Both the position numbers and the translations under genes were made by a program. A DNA stretch of 64,000 nt from an uncultured Methanoregulaceae archaeon (GTDB lineage Archaea; Halobacteriota; Methanomicrobia; Methanomicrobiales; Methanospirillaceae): positions 1,888,001 to 1,952,000 of the forward strand of contig OY970061.1 of the NCBI GenBank assembly GCA_963705255.1, given 5' to 3'. This document shows, piece by piece, positions 21,340 to 34,857 of this stretch (position 1 is its first letter; each line of letters opens with the position of its first letter). The notes beneath the pieces were generated by a model. That model was not told the origin of the DNA. It searched no databases and was given only the letters and a program-made list of their open reading frames with translations.

Positions 21340-23234
21340 ATGACAGGAGATTTCGATGTCAAACTCGTCGAGGAGGCGAAATATTTCACTCCCGACCCAC
21401 AGTACAGGAAAAATGCATGGACGGGCGACTACCAGGAAACATACAACAAATTCCTGAAGGATCCGGATGCGTTCTGGAGTGGTATTGCCCGTGAGCTCGA
21501 GTGGATCCGCCCATGGGACTCGGTCAAGGAACTGGACTACCCGTATGCGAAGTGGTTCACGAATGCAAAACTGAACATCTCGGCCAATTGTCTTGACCGC
21601 CATGTCAACAACGCACGGCGCAACAAGGTAGCCTTGATCTGGCGGGGGGAGGAGGGCAGGGAACGCATCTTCACGTATCAGAAGCTCCTTTCCCAGGTTG
21701 CCCGTTTTGCAAATGCGCTGAAGAATATAGGAGTGAAGAAGGGAGACCGGGTCTGTATTTACATGCCGCTTGTTCCCGAGCAGATCATCGCCATGCTTGC
21801 CTGTGCCCGGATCGGGTCGTCCACAGTGTGGTGTTCGGCGGATTTGGGGCAGCTGCCCTGAACATGCGGATCCAGGACGCTGAGGCTAAAGTTGTCATTA
21901 CTGCAGACGTAGCCATTCGGCGCGGGAAAGCGATCCAGCTCAAAGCAATCGTCGATGAAGCAATCATCCATGCTCCTACGGTTGAACATGTCATCGTCCT
22001 CAGGAGGAGGGACCCTCCCGTAGACCTCCATCCCAAACGTGAGCTGGATTTCCACGAGATGATGGAAGGTGTGTCCGATGAGTGCCCCCCCGAAGTCATG
22101 GACGCGGAGGATCCGTTCTTCATCCTCTATACCAGCGGTTCCACAGGCAAGCCGAAGGGCATTGTCCATACCTGCGGCGGGTATATGGTCGGCACGTATT
22201 ACACGAGCAAATACGTCATGGACATCAAGGACAACGATATTTACTGGTGTACGGCAGATCCCGGCTGGATTACCGGACACAGTTATATCATCTACGGCCC
22301 GCTGGCCGTCGGAGCGACGGTATTTATCACCGAGCTCACACCGGATTACCCGGACGCCGGCAGCTGGTGGAATCTTATCGAAGAGCAGAAGATCACCATA
22401 TTCTACACGGCGCCTACTGCCATCCGAATGTTCATGAAACTCGGGGAGACCTGGCCCAACAAGTACAGCCTGAAATCACTCCGCATCATCGGTTCCGTCG
22501 GCGAGCCCCTGAACCCGGAAGCATTCGAATGGTATTATCACGTGATCGGGAAGGACCGCTGCCCCATCCTTGATACCTGGTGGCAGACCGAGACCGGGAT
22601 GCAGATGATCACCACCATGATCGGCGAACCGATGCGCCCCGGCTTTGCAGGGAAAGCTATCCCCGGCGTTATTGCAGATGTTGTAGACAAAGACGGAAAA
22701 TCCGTAAAACCCGGTACCGGGGGGTTCCTCATCATCAGATCGCCGTGGCCTGCAATGCTGCGCACAGTCTACAAGGATGATGAACGATACCGCAAGTACT
22801 GGACCACGATAAAAGACGTCTATGCAGTGGGGGATCTTGCCGTCAAGGGAAAGGACGGGTATATCATGATTCTCGGGCGGGCTGACGATATCATCATCGT
22901 TGCCGGCCACAACATCGGCACCGCCGAGGTCGAGAGTGCGCTCGTCTCCCACCACGCAGTTGCAGAAGCTGCTGTTATCGGCAAACCGGACCCGCTGAAA
23001 GGCAACTCCATCAAGGCATTTGTCATTCTCCGGGTCGGGTACCAGCCAAGTGATATGCTCATGCAGGACCTGTTCCATCATGTGCGTACTACCCTGGGCC
23101 CGATTGCCGTACCCCATGAACTCGAATTTGTCGAGAAACTTCCCAAGACCCGGAGCGGGAAGATCATGCGGCGTGTCCTGAAAGCAAAGGAGATGGGTAT
23201 CGACCCGGGCGATATCTCTACCCTGGAAGAATGA
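21340..23234 (+). CDS. acs: AMP-forming acetyl-CoA synthetase, -1 frameshift near 21815
   Basis: MLACARIG in frame 1; VFGGF...YTSGSTGKPKG, WWQTETG and LPKTRSGKIMRR in frame 2. One extra G at 21814-21816 restores IGVVHSVVFGGF. Confidence 0.93.
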
Positions 23235-23281
23235 GGAGTCCGGTTTCGGAAACCTGAACAGGAACGAAAAAATCTGAAGGA

Positions 23282-23893
23282 ATGGTAAAAATGAGTTCGG
23301 AAAAGATGGAAACTATGGTAACAACCCGCGATTTGACCGGCAACCCGGCACCGCTCGGGTTGATGGGCTTTGGAATGACGACTGTCCTGCTGAACCTCCA
23401 GAATGCGGGATTATTTACTCTGGGGAGTATGATCCTCGCAATGGGAATTTTTTATGGAGGAATTGCACAACTCATCGCCGGGTCGATGGAATGGAAGAAG
23501 GGGAACACCTTTGCAACGACGGCGTTTTGCTCCTATGGCCTGTTCTGGCTCTCTCTCGTGGCGCTCATCATGATCCCTTCAATGGGACTCGGAGAGAAGA
23601 CCCCGCCCGCAGCAATGGCAGCTTACCTTGCAATGTGGGGATTGTTCACCGCGGTGATGTTCATCGGGACGCTCCGGTTCAACCGGGCAATGCAGCTCGT
23701 CTTTGCAACGCTCGCGATCCTCTTCTTCCTCCTTGCTCTCGGGGAGCTTACGGGGAATTCGGCAATCACGCAGATTGCCGGGGGGGTAGGGATCCTGTGC
23801 GGGTTCTCTGCGATCTACACCGCCCTTGCCCAGGTGGTCAATGAGACGTACGGGAAAGGATCGATGATCGTTCCGCTGTGGCCGGTGAAGTAA
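23282..23893 (+). CDS. satP: Acetate uptake channel, GPR1/FUN34/YaaH (SatP) family
   Basis: [11 protein letters not shown] and SYGLFW; adjacent to acs. Confidence 0.9.
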   Translation: MVKMSSEKMETMVTTRDLTGNPAPLGLMGFGMTTVLLNLQNAGLFTLGSMILAMGIFYGGIAQLIAGSMEWKKGNTFATTAFCSYGLFWLSLVALIMIPSMGLGEKTPPAAMAAYLAMWGLFTAVMFIGTLRFNRAMQLVFATLAILFFLLALGELTGNSAITQIAGGVGILCGFSAIYTALAQVVNETYGKGSMIVPLWPVK

Positions 23894-24126
23894 CCACCGG
23901 ATATTAATTCTCCTCTTTTATCCGTCCTGGTTCGGACGGGTAATGATCCATTCTTACCGTCGTGATTTTCAGATCCGCAACAACAAGGTCACAACATCCG
24001 CCCCGGCGAACATCACTTTTGTTCGTTCCGGATCATTCCCGCAGGATCTGTGAACGAATGAAGAAAAAATGAAAATTCCCTCATGACAAGAGAGCATTCA
24101 CCGGAGTATTTCTGGAATGTAGCTTG

Positions 24127-25236
24127 TTATCGCCGGGGAAACCGGTGGATTTTCTTCCGCTGGGCAATCCGGTAACCGGATATCACCTGGATGCTCCCGC
24201 CAAATGTTTCGTTCAGCGCAGGATCCCCGGTATCGATATAGAGCAGCGGTGTTTCCCGCAGTTTGTGCGGTGTGGCAGCAAGAATGATATTGTGTATTCC
24301 CACGCGCCGGATAACGTCTGCACTCAGCTGCTGGTTCCCCCGCCCGAAGACGAACCCCTGTGCACCAATGGGGCTGACGATGATCCGCACGTCTCTTTCC
24401 TTTTCAATCAGGCCAAGGAGCGTTCTTTCATCTGCATCTTCTGCGACCAGCCGCCCGTTTTTTATCGCATCCACGCCGAGCAGGGTTTTTTTCACGCCGA
24501 TCTTCCCGGCAATGGCTTCGGTCGTCGTGCCCGCACCCAGGATATACAGCGTTTCCGGGTGCATGATCTCAACGATGAACCTGGCGATCTCCTCTTTTGC
24601 CCGTTCCTCGTCCGCCTCCTCAAAGACCTGCTTTGAGACCTGCACCTTTCCGGGAATGGCCGGGACGCGGGCGATACCATACAGGCGCGTCCTGAACTCG
24701 CCGGCCCGGTAGGCCTCCTCGTCGACGTCCAGCAGTTCGGCATCCCGAAGGACACCCGGATTTTCCCCGGCAACGATCTCGGCCACGATCGCCGGATCAA
24801 CAGCAAATACCCCGGAATACATCTTGACACCGGCCGGTATACCGAGAACTGGGACATTCCTGCCAACGGCATCAAAGACGTCCCGTGCTGTTCCGTCACC
24901 CCCGCAGAAGAGGATCAGGTCAACACCCTCCCCAAGGAAGACCCTGGCTGCACGTTTCGTGTCTTCTGCCGTACTCTTACCATGCGCATGATAGTGGACG
25001 ACATAGTTTTGCATGCCGGTTTTCTTAAGAACATCCTCTCCCATGCTGCCTGAACAGGTGAAAAAGAGCAGCCCGGTCTTCTGTTTCAGATTCCCGAGGG
25101 TTATCCCGGCACGATCAACCGCATGCGGTTCCGCCCCGCGCCGTATCGCCTCGGCAAGTACGCCATCCGTCCCTTTCAGCCCCACCGATCCCCCCATGCC
25201 TGCTATAGGATTGACGATAAAACCGATCCGGTACAT
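24127..25236 (-). CDS. ATP-NAD kinase (AcoX-like) family protein
   Basis: NPIAGMGGSVGLKGTDG, GGDGTARD, PAGVKMYS and GRGNQQ. Confidence 0.88.
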   Translation of the reverse strand: MYRIGFIVNPIAGMGGSVGLKGTDGVLAEAIRRGAEPHAVDRAGITLGNLKQKTGLLFFTCSGSMGEDVLKKTGMQNYVVHYHAHGKSTAEDTKRAARVFLGEGVDLILFCGGDGTARDVFDAVGRNVPVLGIPAGVKMYSGVFAVDPAIVAEIVAGENPGVLRDAELLDVDEEAYRAGEFRTRLYGIARVPAIPGKVQVSKQVFEEADEERAKEEIARFIVEIMHPETLYILGAGTTTEAIAGKIGVKKTLLGVDAIKNGRLVAEDADERTLLGLIEKERDVRIIVSPIGAQGFVFGRGNQQLSADVIRRVGIHNIILAATPHKLRETPLLYIDTGDPALNETFGGSIQVISGYRIAQRKKIHRFPRR

Positions 25237-25247
25237 AAAAAGAGATT

Positions 25248-26607
25248 TCAGGAGATTTTGGGTATCCGGGCAATTGATTCACGGATCAGTTCGTCAGGAT
25301 ATTCGTAATCAACCAGAGTGCCGGCATAAAATGCGTCATAGGCCGACATATCGAAGTTACCGTGCCCGGAACAGTTGAAGAGAATTGTCTTTGCTTCTCC
25401 GCTCGATTTGCATTTGAGCGCCTCATCGATGGTTGCTTTCACTGCATGGGACGTTTCGGGAGCGACGATGATCCCTTCCGTGCGGGCAAACGTCTGGGCT
25501 GCATCGAATACTTCGCTCTGGTGATAGGCAACCGCCCGCATGACACCGTCATGGACGAGCCGGGACACAATCGGCGAATCCCCGTGATACCTCAGCCCCC
25601 CTGCATGGATGGATGGCGGGACAAAATCATGGCCGAGCGTGAACATCTTGAGCAGCGGGGTCAGGCCGGCCACGTCTCCGAAGTCATACGTGAAGAGACC
25701 CTTGGTCAGGGTGGGACAGGATGCCGGTTCAACTCCGAGGAGATCCACATCCTTGTGTTTCCCGGTAAGTTTGTCACCGGCAAACGGGAACGAGATCCCC
25801 GCAAAGTTCGACCCGCCACCAACACAGCCGATAACAACATCCGGATAATCATCCACCATCGCCAGCTGTTCCCGGCATTCGAGTCCGATCACGGTCTGGT
25901 GGAGGCAGACGTGGTTCAGGACCGAGCCAAGAGCATAATTCGTGTTGCTGTGAGTTGCTGCATCCTCGACGGCTTCGGATATTGCGATGCCAAGACTCCC
26001 CGGCGTCTCCGGGTCCTTTTCGAGCACCGCCCGCCCGGAATTTGTCTTGGTGCTGGGACTGGGGATACACTCGGCACCCCAGACGTGCATCATCGACTTG
26101 CGGTAAGGCTTCTGCGTATAACTCGAACGGACCATGTAGATGGTGCATTCGAGCTCGTAGAGCATCGTCGCGAAGGCGAGGGCCGAACCCCACTGCCCGG
26201 CCCCGGTCTCGGTCGCTATCCGCTCTATCCCGGCTTTCATATTGTAATACGCCTGAGGGACGGCGGTGTTGGGTTTATGGCTGCCGGCCGGGCTCACGCC
26301 TTCCCACTTGTAATAGATCTTTGCCGGGGTCTTGAGGAATTTTTCGAGCCGGTGGGCACGGTACAGGGGACTGCGGCCTCCAGAGACGGAGAATATCCCG
26401 CACGTCCTCGGGGATATCGACATAACGGTCCGTGGTCACTTCCTGCCGGATCAGCTCCATCGGGAAAATAGCGGACAGGTCCGCAGGACCGACCGGTTTC
26501 TGGGTCGCGGGATGAAGGGGCGGGTCGAGAGGGGATGGCAGGTCCGCCTGGACATTATACCATTTTTTTGGTATCTGCTCCTCATCGAGGAGGATTTTTG
26601 TCTGCAT
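25248..26607 (-). CDS. trpB: TrpB2-type PLP enzyme (tryptophan synthase beta-like), frameshift near 26394
   Basis: N-terminus ([13 protein letters not shown]...LWRP) in one frame; SPLYRA...[20 protein letters not shown] and GGLRYHG in another. Confidence 0.92.
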
Positions 26608-26622
26608 AAATGTTCTTTGACT

Positions 26623-26638
26623 TGTATAAATATATACA
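26623..26638. promoter_or_regulatory. Palindrome in the TATA region upstream of trpB2 (possible regulator site)
   Basis: TGTATA-AATA-TATACA about 16-31 nt upstream of the trpB2 start. Confidence 0.35.
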
Positions 26639-26839
26639 TTATGGTACAGTATTGTTTATTTGTGTATCCAATTAGACATTTTTTTGGCGGTTCGCAGGAA
26701 TTGTCACCAGCGATTTGAATGGAAAGTTTTCAGGGTCGGGCTATGCTCAGGCATGAATACCCCTCTCTTTTTTGTCTGCTCCTCGGCTTCATGGAGGGAA
26801 ATCAGAAATCTATAACCGGTACCACGGACACTCAATGGT

Positions 26840-27715
26840 ATGAGTCCTGACCCCATACCACTCTGCGATGATGCCGACTGGAACGAGATCTGGAAGGCCC
26901 GGCAGAAGCGACACGAGTCCTCGCATTCCTTCAACGACCCTTCGCACAACTGGAACAGGAAGGAGAACGCGGAGCGCTACGATGCCAATTCCCGGAGCCG
27001 GTACGATGAGCGGGTGAAGTTTACCATCGAAGGCCTCGACATAGACAGGAACTCCCGGGTGCTGGATATCGGCTCCGGGCCGGGCACGCTCGCCATCCCT
27101 CTCTCGCCGCTCGTGAAAGAGATAACGGCGGTCGAACCGGGCGGGGGGATGATCGCGATCCTCAACGAGCGGGTCCGGGAAAGGGGGATCACCAACATAT
27201 TATGCGTCCGGAAGCGTTGGGAGGATGTCGACCTCTCCCGGGATCTCGGCGGGCAGTACGATGTGGTCATCGCATCCCTCTCCCTCACCATGCACGACAT
27301 ACGGGCAGCACTGAAAAAGATGGACGATGCCTCCCGGAAGTATGTGTACCTCTACTGGTTCGTTGACTCTCCGTTCTGGGAGAAGATGTACGGCGACCTC
27401 TGGGAGCCGCTCCACGGAAGTCCCTACTATCCCGGGCCGAAGACCGACTGCCTCTTCAACGTGCTGTACCAGATGGGCATCTATGCGAACGTGGAGATAC
27501 TGCCGCTCGACAAAGAGTACCGGTTCACGTCCAGGGAGGAGATGGTCGCATTCTTCCGGAGGCGTTTCAATGCCCAATCACCGGAACAGCAGAAGACCGT
27601 GGCAGATTATCTCACACCGCTGATCCAGCAGGACGGCCCGGATTTTGTCCTATCGGGCGACTCCACTTTTGCAAAGATCTGGTGGAAGAAAAAAGGAGGT
27701 GATGAAAGGGGTTAA
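26840..27715 (+). CDS. Class I SAM-dependent methyltransferase
   Basis: VLDIGSGPG, TAVEP and YDVVIAS. Confidence 0.88.
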   Translation: MSPDPIPLCDDADWNEIWKARQKRHESSHSFNDPSHNWNRKENAERYDANSRSRYDERVKFTIEGLDIDRNSRVLDIGSGPGTLAIPLSPLVKEITAVEPGGGMIAILNERVRERGITNILCVRKRWEDVDLSRDLGGQYDVVIASLSLTMHDIRAALKKMDDASRKYVYLYWFVDSPFWEKMYGDLWEPLHGSPYYPGPKTDCLFNVLYQMGIYANVEILPLDKEYRFTSREEMVAFFRRRFNAQSPEQQKTVADYLTPLIQQDGPDFVLSGDSTFAKIWWKKKGGDERG

Positions 27716-27734
27716 GGAGTATTTTTAACCGGAA

Positions 27735-28868
27735 TCAGCCCAGTCCCCGAATCCTTTTCACGGCTTCTTCGAGTTTTTCCATCGATGCCGCGTAGGAGAG
27801 CCGGAGCCATCCCGGGGCATCGAATGCACTGCCGGGGGTCACCGCGACATGGGCCTCCTCAAGCCAGCGGTTCGCAATTTCCATATCATCGCCGGTCACT
27901 TTGACGAAGGCGTAGAACGCCCCGTCTGCAGGAGCGGTCTCGTATCCCATGGCGGTCAGCTCGGCAATGATGTATTTTCTGCGCCGGTCAAATTCCCGCC
28001 GCATCTCTTCGACGCAGCGCTGGTCACCGTTGAGGGCCGCAACTGCCCCCCACATCGCGAACGTGGCAGCCTGGCTGACCGTGTGCTGCTGGACTTTTGA
28101 CATCTGGCGGATGATCTCGGCCGGGGCTACCGCGTAGCCGAGCCGCCAGCCGGTCATCGCGTACGACTTCGAGAACCCGTTGATGGTGATTGTGCGCTCC
28201 GCCATGTTGCCAAGTGAAGCGAGCGAGATGTGTTCCTTTCCGTACACCAGAGTCTCGTAGATCTCATCGGACATCGCGTAGATATCGTTGTCCTGGCACA
28301 GGTCCGCCATAAGGTTCATCGAATTTTTATCAAAAACCGCACCTGACGGGTTTGAGGGCGAGTTGACCACGATCATCTTGGTCTTCGAAGTGACCCGCTC
28401 GAGGATCGAGTCGTCGAGCTGGAAGGTTTTCCGGTTGACGGCGTGTTTGACGACGTTTCCGCCGGCGATCTGCACGCAGGGCTCGTAGGAGACCCACGCA
28501 GGGGTCAGGAGGATCGTCTCGTCACCCGGGTTCAGGACTGCCTCCATCGCCTCGTAGATCGCATCCTTCGCGCCGCAGGCGACGATGACCTGTTGCGGGG
28601 TGCAGGGGAAATGGTTGTCGCGCTCGATCTTCTCGCTGATGGCGCTCAAAAGTTCCGGGATCCCGTTGCTCGGGGCGTAATGGGTCTCGCCCCGGTTCAG
28701 CGCATCGATGCAGGCGTCCGTGATATGCCGGGGTGTGTCGAAATCCGGCTCACCGATCGAGAGGCTGATGACATCGATCCCTTCCCGTACCATCTTCTTG
28801 GCCTTGTCGGAAATCGCAATCGTTGCGGAAGGGGCAACGGCCGCGATCTTCTCCGAGAGCCGCTTCAT
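27735..28868 (-). CDS. Class I/II PLP aminotransferase (aspartate aminotransferase-like)
   Basis: [19 protein letters not shown] and [15 protein letters not shown]. Confidence 0.93.
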   Translation of the reverse strand: MKRLSEKIAAVAPSATIAISDKAKKMVREGIDVISLSIGEPDFDTPRHITDACIDALNRGETHYAPSNGIPELLSAISEKIERDNHFPCTPQQVIVACGAKDAIYEAMEAVLNPGDETILLTPAWVSYEPCVQIAGGNVVKHAVNRKTFQLDDSILERVTSKTKMIVVNSPSNPSGAVFDKNSMNLMADLCQDNDIYAMSDEIYETLVYGKEHISLASLGNMAERTITINGFSKSYAMTGWRLGYAVAPAEIIRQMSKVQQHTVSQAATFAMWGAVAALNGDQRCVEEMRREFDRRRKYIIAELTAMGYETAPADGAFYAFVKVTGDDMEIANRWLEEAHVAVTPGSAFDAPGWLRLSYAASMEKLEEAVKRIRGLG

Positions 28869-29284
28869 TTCAATCGTTTGACAAGCTTGATGGCAGATTC
28901 GACGGCCCGCTTTGCGTAGTCGATCCGCTCGTTTGCTTCCAAGCGGGTCATCCCCGGCCCGGAGATGCCCAGCGTGACCGGCTTCCCGAACTCAAGCGAG
29001 AGGTCGATGATCTTCCGAGCCGCGTGCTGGACAACAATCTCGTCGTGCTGTGTCGAACCCTCGATCACGCAGCCGATGGTCACCACGGCATCGACTTTGC
29101 CGGCAGCGAGCATCTTCTTGATCGCGAGCGGCATGTCGTAGGCACCCGGGACGTACAGGCATTCGGTCACTTCTGCCCCGAGAAATGCTGCGTGTTCACG
29201 GCCTTCTATCTCCATCATGTAGGTGATGTCGCGGTTGAACTCCGCGACAACGAATCCCAGTTTTATCGGGTCTGTCTCGCACAT
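28865..29284 (-). CDS. ribH: 6,7-dimethyl-8-ribityllumazine synthase
   Basis: [13 protein letters not shown] and [11 protein letters not shown]. Confidence 0.93.
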   Translation of the reverse strand: MCETDPIKLGFVVAEFNRDITYMMEIEGREHAAFLGAEVTECLYVPGAYDMPLAIKKMLAAGKVDAVVTIGCVIEGSTQHDEIVVQHAARKIIDLSLEFGKPVTLGISGPGMTRLEANERIDYAKRAVESAIKLVKRLK

Positions 29285-29335
29285 ATCAGATCAACTCTTG
29301 TGAATGGTTCCTCATAAATCCGTACGCTCAATCGG

Positions 29336-30924
<1,589 letters not shown>

Positions 30925-30970
30925 GTGGATCTGCTCATAGTATATTTATATAGACAGGATATAAGTTTGG

Positions 30971-31366
30971 ATGGCAGACATGGCAGACGTAGCAGTTATT
31001 TCAGGATCAGCATCTGATGCAGCCATTACGGACAAAGTAAAAAAAGTCCTCGACGAAAACAAGGTGACCCATGATGACCAGATAATCTCGGCCCACCGCG
31101 ATCCGGACAAACTGGACGCGTACGTCAAAAAGAGCGAGGCCAAGGTATTCATCGCAATCGCGGGGCTTTCCGCCGCACTCCCCGGTGTGATCGCGTCAAA
31201 GACGGATAAGCCGGTGATCGGTGTGCCGGTGAGCGGGACGCTCAACGGGCTCGACGCTCTCCTCGCAATTGCCCAGATGCCCAAGGGGGTCCCGGTCGCC
31301 TGCGTGGGTGTGGACAACGGGGACAACGCGGCATGGCTGGCGATCCGGATCCTGAAACTGACCTGA
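30971..31366 (+). CDS. purE: N5-CAIR mutase / AIR carboxylase family
   Basis: [20 protein letters not shown] and QMPKGVPVA. Start may be 30980. Confidence 0.92.
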   Translation: MADMADVAVISGSASDAAITDKVKKVLDENKVTHDDQIISAHRDPDKLDAYVKKSEAKVFIAIAGLSAALPGVIASKTDKPVIGVPVSGTLNGLDALLAIAQMPKGVPVACVGVDNGDNAAWLAIRILKLT

Positions 31367-31426
31367 TAGAAAGACTGATTTCCGGGGCATTACGCTCATC
31401 TTCCCGGACTACCAACCTTTTCTTCC

Positions 31427-32800
31427 ATGACCGTGGCGCAGGAAAAACGGGTCCTTCTGGTGGTTGCCTCGCTCGCATCATTCCTTGTTCCTTACACGGT
31501 CTCTTCCCTGAATGTCGCGCTGCCGGCGATCAGCGCATCGTTTGATATCGATGCCGTGACGCTGGGCTGGGTCACCTCCGCATACCTCCTCACCGCTGCC
31601 ATCTGCATCGTCCCGTTCGGGAAGCTTGCCGACCTGTACGGGAGGAAACGGTTTTTCATCCTGGGAAATGTCCTGTTTGCATCGGGGTCTTTACTTGCCG
31701 CGATCTCGTGGTCGGGCCCTGTTATCATCATTGCCCGGGTAATCCAGGCATTCGGGGGCGCGATGGTGTTCTCCACCTCGATTGCCATTGTTACATCGGT
31801 CTTCCCTCCCGGGGAGCGGGGGCGGGCCATCGGGATCATCACGGCAACCGTGTATGCCGGCCTCTCGCTCGGGCCGTTCATCGGCGGCGTCCTTACCTAC
31901 AACGTCGGCTGGCCCAGCATATTCCTGGTCAACATCCCCCTTGCGATCCTCGTCATTGTCCTCACCCTACTCTATATCCCCGGCGAGTGGGCAGAGACCG
32001 GTGAACGGCGCTTCGATCTGCCCGGCGCCGGCCTCTACGGTGTGATGATCTTTGGCTGCATGTACGGCCTCACCCTGATGCCCTCCCCTTCGGGTATCTT
32101 CTGGATGGTACTCGGTCTTACCGTCCTGATTGTGTTTGTCTGGTGGGAGCAGCGGGGGCCGGCTCCATTGGTCGAGATCGCGCTGTTCCGGAAGAGCCCG
32201 GTCTTCCTTTTTTCAAATGTCGCCGCCCTCATCAACTATGCCGTGGTCTTTGCCGTCGGGTTCCTGCTCAGCCTGTACCTCCAGTACAACCGGGGGATCG
32301 ATCCCCAGACCGCGGGACTGATCCTCGTAGCCCAGCCGGTGGTCCAGATGATCGTCTCACCGGCCGCAGGCCACCTCTCGGACAGGATCGAACCGCGTGT
32401 CCTCGCGACCGCCGGCATGGCATGCACCACGGCCGGGCTCGGCATCCTGATGCTGCTCTCCCCTTCAACATCTATCGGAGTGATTGTCGCGGGCCTGGTT
32501 ATCCTCGGGTTCGGGTACGGCCTCTTCTCCTCGCCAAATACCAATGCCATCATGAGCTCCGTGGAAGTGCGGCACCTCGGCCTTGCCTCCGGTATGGTCT
32601 CCACGATGAGAGCCATTGGCCAGATGCTCAGCCTCGCCATCGCGATGCTGGTGTTTTCTGCGGTCATCGGCACGGTCCAGATCACTCCTGAGGTCTATCC
32701 CCAGCTGCAACAGAGCGTCAATATCGCATTCGCTGTATTCTTCATCATCGGTCTCGCCGGAATTGCTGCATCGTATGCCCGTGGGACGACGCGGGACTGA
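31427..32800 (+). CDS. MFS transporter, 14-TMS DHA2-like
   Basis: GKLADLYGRK motif A, LGPFIGG and about 14 hydrophobic segments. Confidence 0.92.
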   Translation: MTVAQEKRVLLVVASLASFLVPYTVSSLNVALPAISASFDIDAVTLGWVTSAYLLTAAICIVPFGKLADLYGRKRFFILGNVLFASGSLLAAISWSGPVIIIARVIQAFGGAMVFSTSIAIVTSVFPPGERGRAIGIITATVYAGLSLGPFIGGVLTYNVGWPSIFLVNIPLAILVIVLTLLYIPGEWAETGERRFDLPGAGLYGVMIFGCMYGLTLMPSPSGIFWMVLGLTVLIVFVWWEQRGPAPLVEIALFRKSPVFLFSNVAALINYAVVFAVGFLLSLYLQYNRGIDPQTAGLILVAQPVVQMIVSPAAGHLSDRIEPRVLATAGMACTTAGLGILMLLSPSTSIGVIVAGLVILGFGYGLFSSPNTNAIMSSVEVRHLGLASGMVSTMRAIGQMLSLAIAMLVFSAVIGTVQITPEVYPQLQQSVNIAFAVFFIIGLAGIAASYARGTTRD

Positions 32801-32859
32801 TCTCCTGAACCGCTACTGGTGTGGGGGTATTATGAGCCGGCCGGATCCATGGAGGTACT

Positions 32860-33291
32860 ATGCCGATCCTGCGAGAACCTGTCGTGGCACTCGCGGATGT
32901 TTCTGTCCGTTCCGTTTCACTTTTATCGCTCGATCTGGACGTGGCAATCAGCGTGCAGAACCCGAACCTGTTCGGGGTTACCCTCCGGGAACTGCCTTTT
33001 ACCGTTACGTTCCGGGCAGGAGGCAGCGACCAGCAGATTGCAACCGGAAATACCGGGACAGTGAAGATACCGGCCCGCACCAGCACCGTGCTGAGGGTCC
33101 CGGTCACGTCGGATAATTCCGCCCTTATCGGTGCGCTGGCGGCCTTTATAGCCACGGGCGGCATAGAAGTGACCGTACAGGGGACTGCTGTGATCAACCT
33201 CCTGGTTACCGGCTGTTCGGTACCCTTCAGAAAGACGATCCCTGTAACGGTGGCGCAGGTTGCGGATTCCCTTTCCGGGCAGAAGAAGTAA
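32860..33291 (+). CDS. LEA type 2 / WHy domain protein
   Basis: V-x-NPN motif (SVQNPNLFGVTL) and VKIPA...LRVPV. Confidence 0.8.
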   Translation: MPILREPVVALADVSVRSVSLLSLDLDVAISVQNPNLFGVTLRELPFTVTFRAGGSDQQIATGNTGTVKIPARTSTVLRVPVTSDNSALIGALAAFIATGGIEVTVQGTAVINLLVTGCSVPFRKTIPVTVAQVADSLSGQKK

Positions 33292-33725
33292 GAGCGGGCA
33301 ATGACCGGCCTGTCACGGTCATGAAAGGGGGGGGGTCGATGCCCAACCCCCCCACCGTTTGGTTTTCATTTCGCGTCGACCCCCTCCCAACATTTTTCAA
33401 ATCCGATCTGACCCCCCTCCCCCAGCCCCTCAACTGATTCTGACCTCACGTATCATTTGCGGGAATCATTCAAAACCGGCCTTTTCGTCGGATGCTCCAC
33501 GCGAAATGGTTTCTACAATAATGCAAAAACCGGTGCATTACTCACTTTTGAGAAGGGGGGTCAGCGGCCGACCCCCCTTCCATTTAATTTTGCGGAGGGG
33601 GGTAACCCCCCACCCTTTCAAAATAAAATGGCAGGTGACCCCCCATCTGACAGTTACGAAAGGCGGTTGTTCGTAAGTGAATTCCATGGAAAAAGGGCTC
33701 GGAATTGCAAACGTATGGGTGGGGG
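33253..33725 (+). repeat. Left copy of diverged direct repeat (3' end of LEA gene plus GC-hairpin-rich element)
   Basis: 33253-33356 matches 34858-34956, and 33604-33725 matches 34947-35066, with scattered substitutions. Confidence 0.85.
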
Positions 33726-33740
33726 ATAACCGGTACCCTG

Positions 33741-34727
33741 TCACGTCCCGTTGAAGAGCACCTCTGCTGACGGCCCGGCCATTCCTGCCTCATCATGGCC
33801 TATCCCCGGCACCACATGGTATTCCCAGTTCAGAGGGACATCCCGGCGCGCTGCTTCTGCCTGGGCTGTCGTAAAATAGGTCTTTGCCCGCTCGAACCGG
33901 GTGCTGCCCTGCGCCTCCGCCCCGGGGAAATTCGCGAGGCTGCTGTCGTTCGGGTTCGTGTCCCTTCCACCGGACATAATGATGAGTTTCCGGGCAAACA
34001 CGTTCGGGACCTCGCTCTCGTAAAGTGGCGAGTCTTTCAGGCCTAACGGGTACGGGATCGTATAGACCGGCATCACATAAAGCCCTGCATTCGCCGCTAC
34101 TGCACGGCTGTACCTGGCTTCGGGAAGGAACGTCACCATCCGCTGGACAAACTGGGCACCTGCACTGTGCCCATCGAGGAGGTAGGTGTTCTCTGTTGCC
34201 CCGCTCTTTTCGCGGATGTAATCGAAGAGGTGCTCAACCGCCATGAAGGTCCAGTTCGCTTTCGGCTCCCAGTTCGTGGCACCATAGGTGTACCCAAGAG
34301 GATACCAGATGTCCCCGGGATAATACTTCTGGGAGAATTCCGGAACGATAAGGAGACTGGAATACTTTTCAGCGTAGCGAACCCAGGTGTCCCGGGGTGA
34401 CTGTCCGCTGCGACCCGCTCCGGGCATGACGATCAGGACCGGCCCTGATTGGTTCCATGCAGCCGGACGATAATAGTAGACCGTGATCGGACGATTGGCA
34501 TTTCCGAGCGAATCGTTGAACACAAACTGTCCTCTTCCCACCGGAATGCCCATTGTTTCTGGGTTTATCGTTCCGACGTTTATCGTTCCGGGACTGGTGA
34601 CGGGAGTGGTTACGGGGCTAGTTACGGAAGGGGTAAGTTCTTTCTGAGGTGGTGACATGGAGCACCCGCATACCGCAAGGGTGAACATGAGGATCGTGAA
34701 GAAAAGAAGTGGTATGCCGGTTTTCAT
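33741..34727 (-). CDS. Lipoprotein alpha/beta-hydrolase (esterase-like)
   Basis: Lipobox-like AVCGC, Ser/Thr/Pro linker, GHSAG nucleophile elbow and C-terminal VPGIGH. Confidence 0.8.
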   Translation of the reverse strand: MKTGIPLLFFTILMFTLAVCGCSMSPPQKELTPSVTSPVTTPVTSPGTINVGTINPETMGIPVGRGQFVFNDSLGNANRPITVYYYRPAAWNQSGPVLIVMPGAGRSGQSPRDTWVRYAEKYSSLLIVPEFSQKYYPGDIWYPLGYTYGATNWEPKANWTFMAVEHLFDYIREKSGATENTYLLDGHSAGAQFVQRMVTFLPEARYSRAVAANAGLYVMPVYTIPYPLGLKDSPLYESEVPNVFARKLIIMSGGRDTNPNDSSLANFPGAEAQGSTRFERAKTYFTTAQAEAARRDVPLNWEYHVVPGIGHDEAGMAGPSAEVLFNGT

Positions 34728-34857
34728 GTAATCAGGAGTGGGATATGCTCCATAAATAGGATTCGGTTATCCTCCGGAGACAGAAGGATCCGGCGAATTA
34801 GTGGCAGGCCGGTTCAAGAAACAGAGAGTTCCTGGCCTTGCACCACGGAATAGAGTT

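Noticed and set aside
33227-33796. Several 68-105 aa ORFs in the repeat region
   Set aside because: Low-complexity translations of G/C-run repeats with no motif support.
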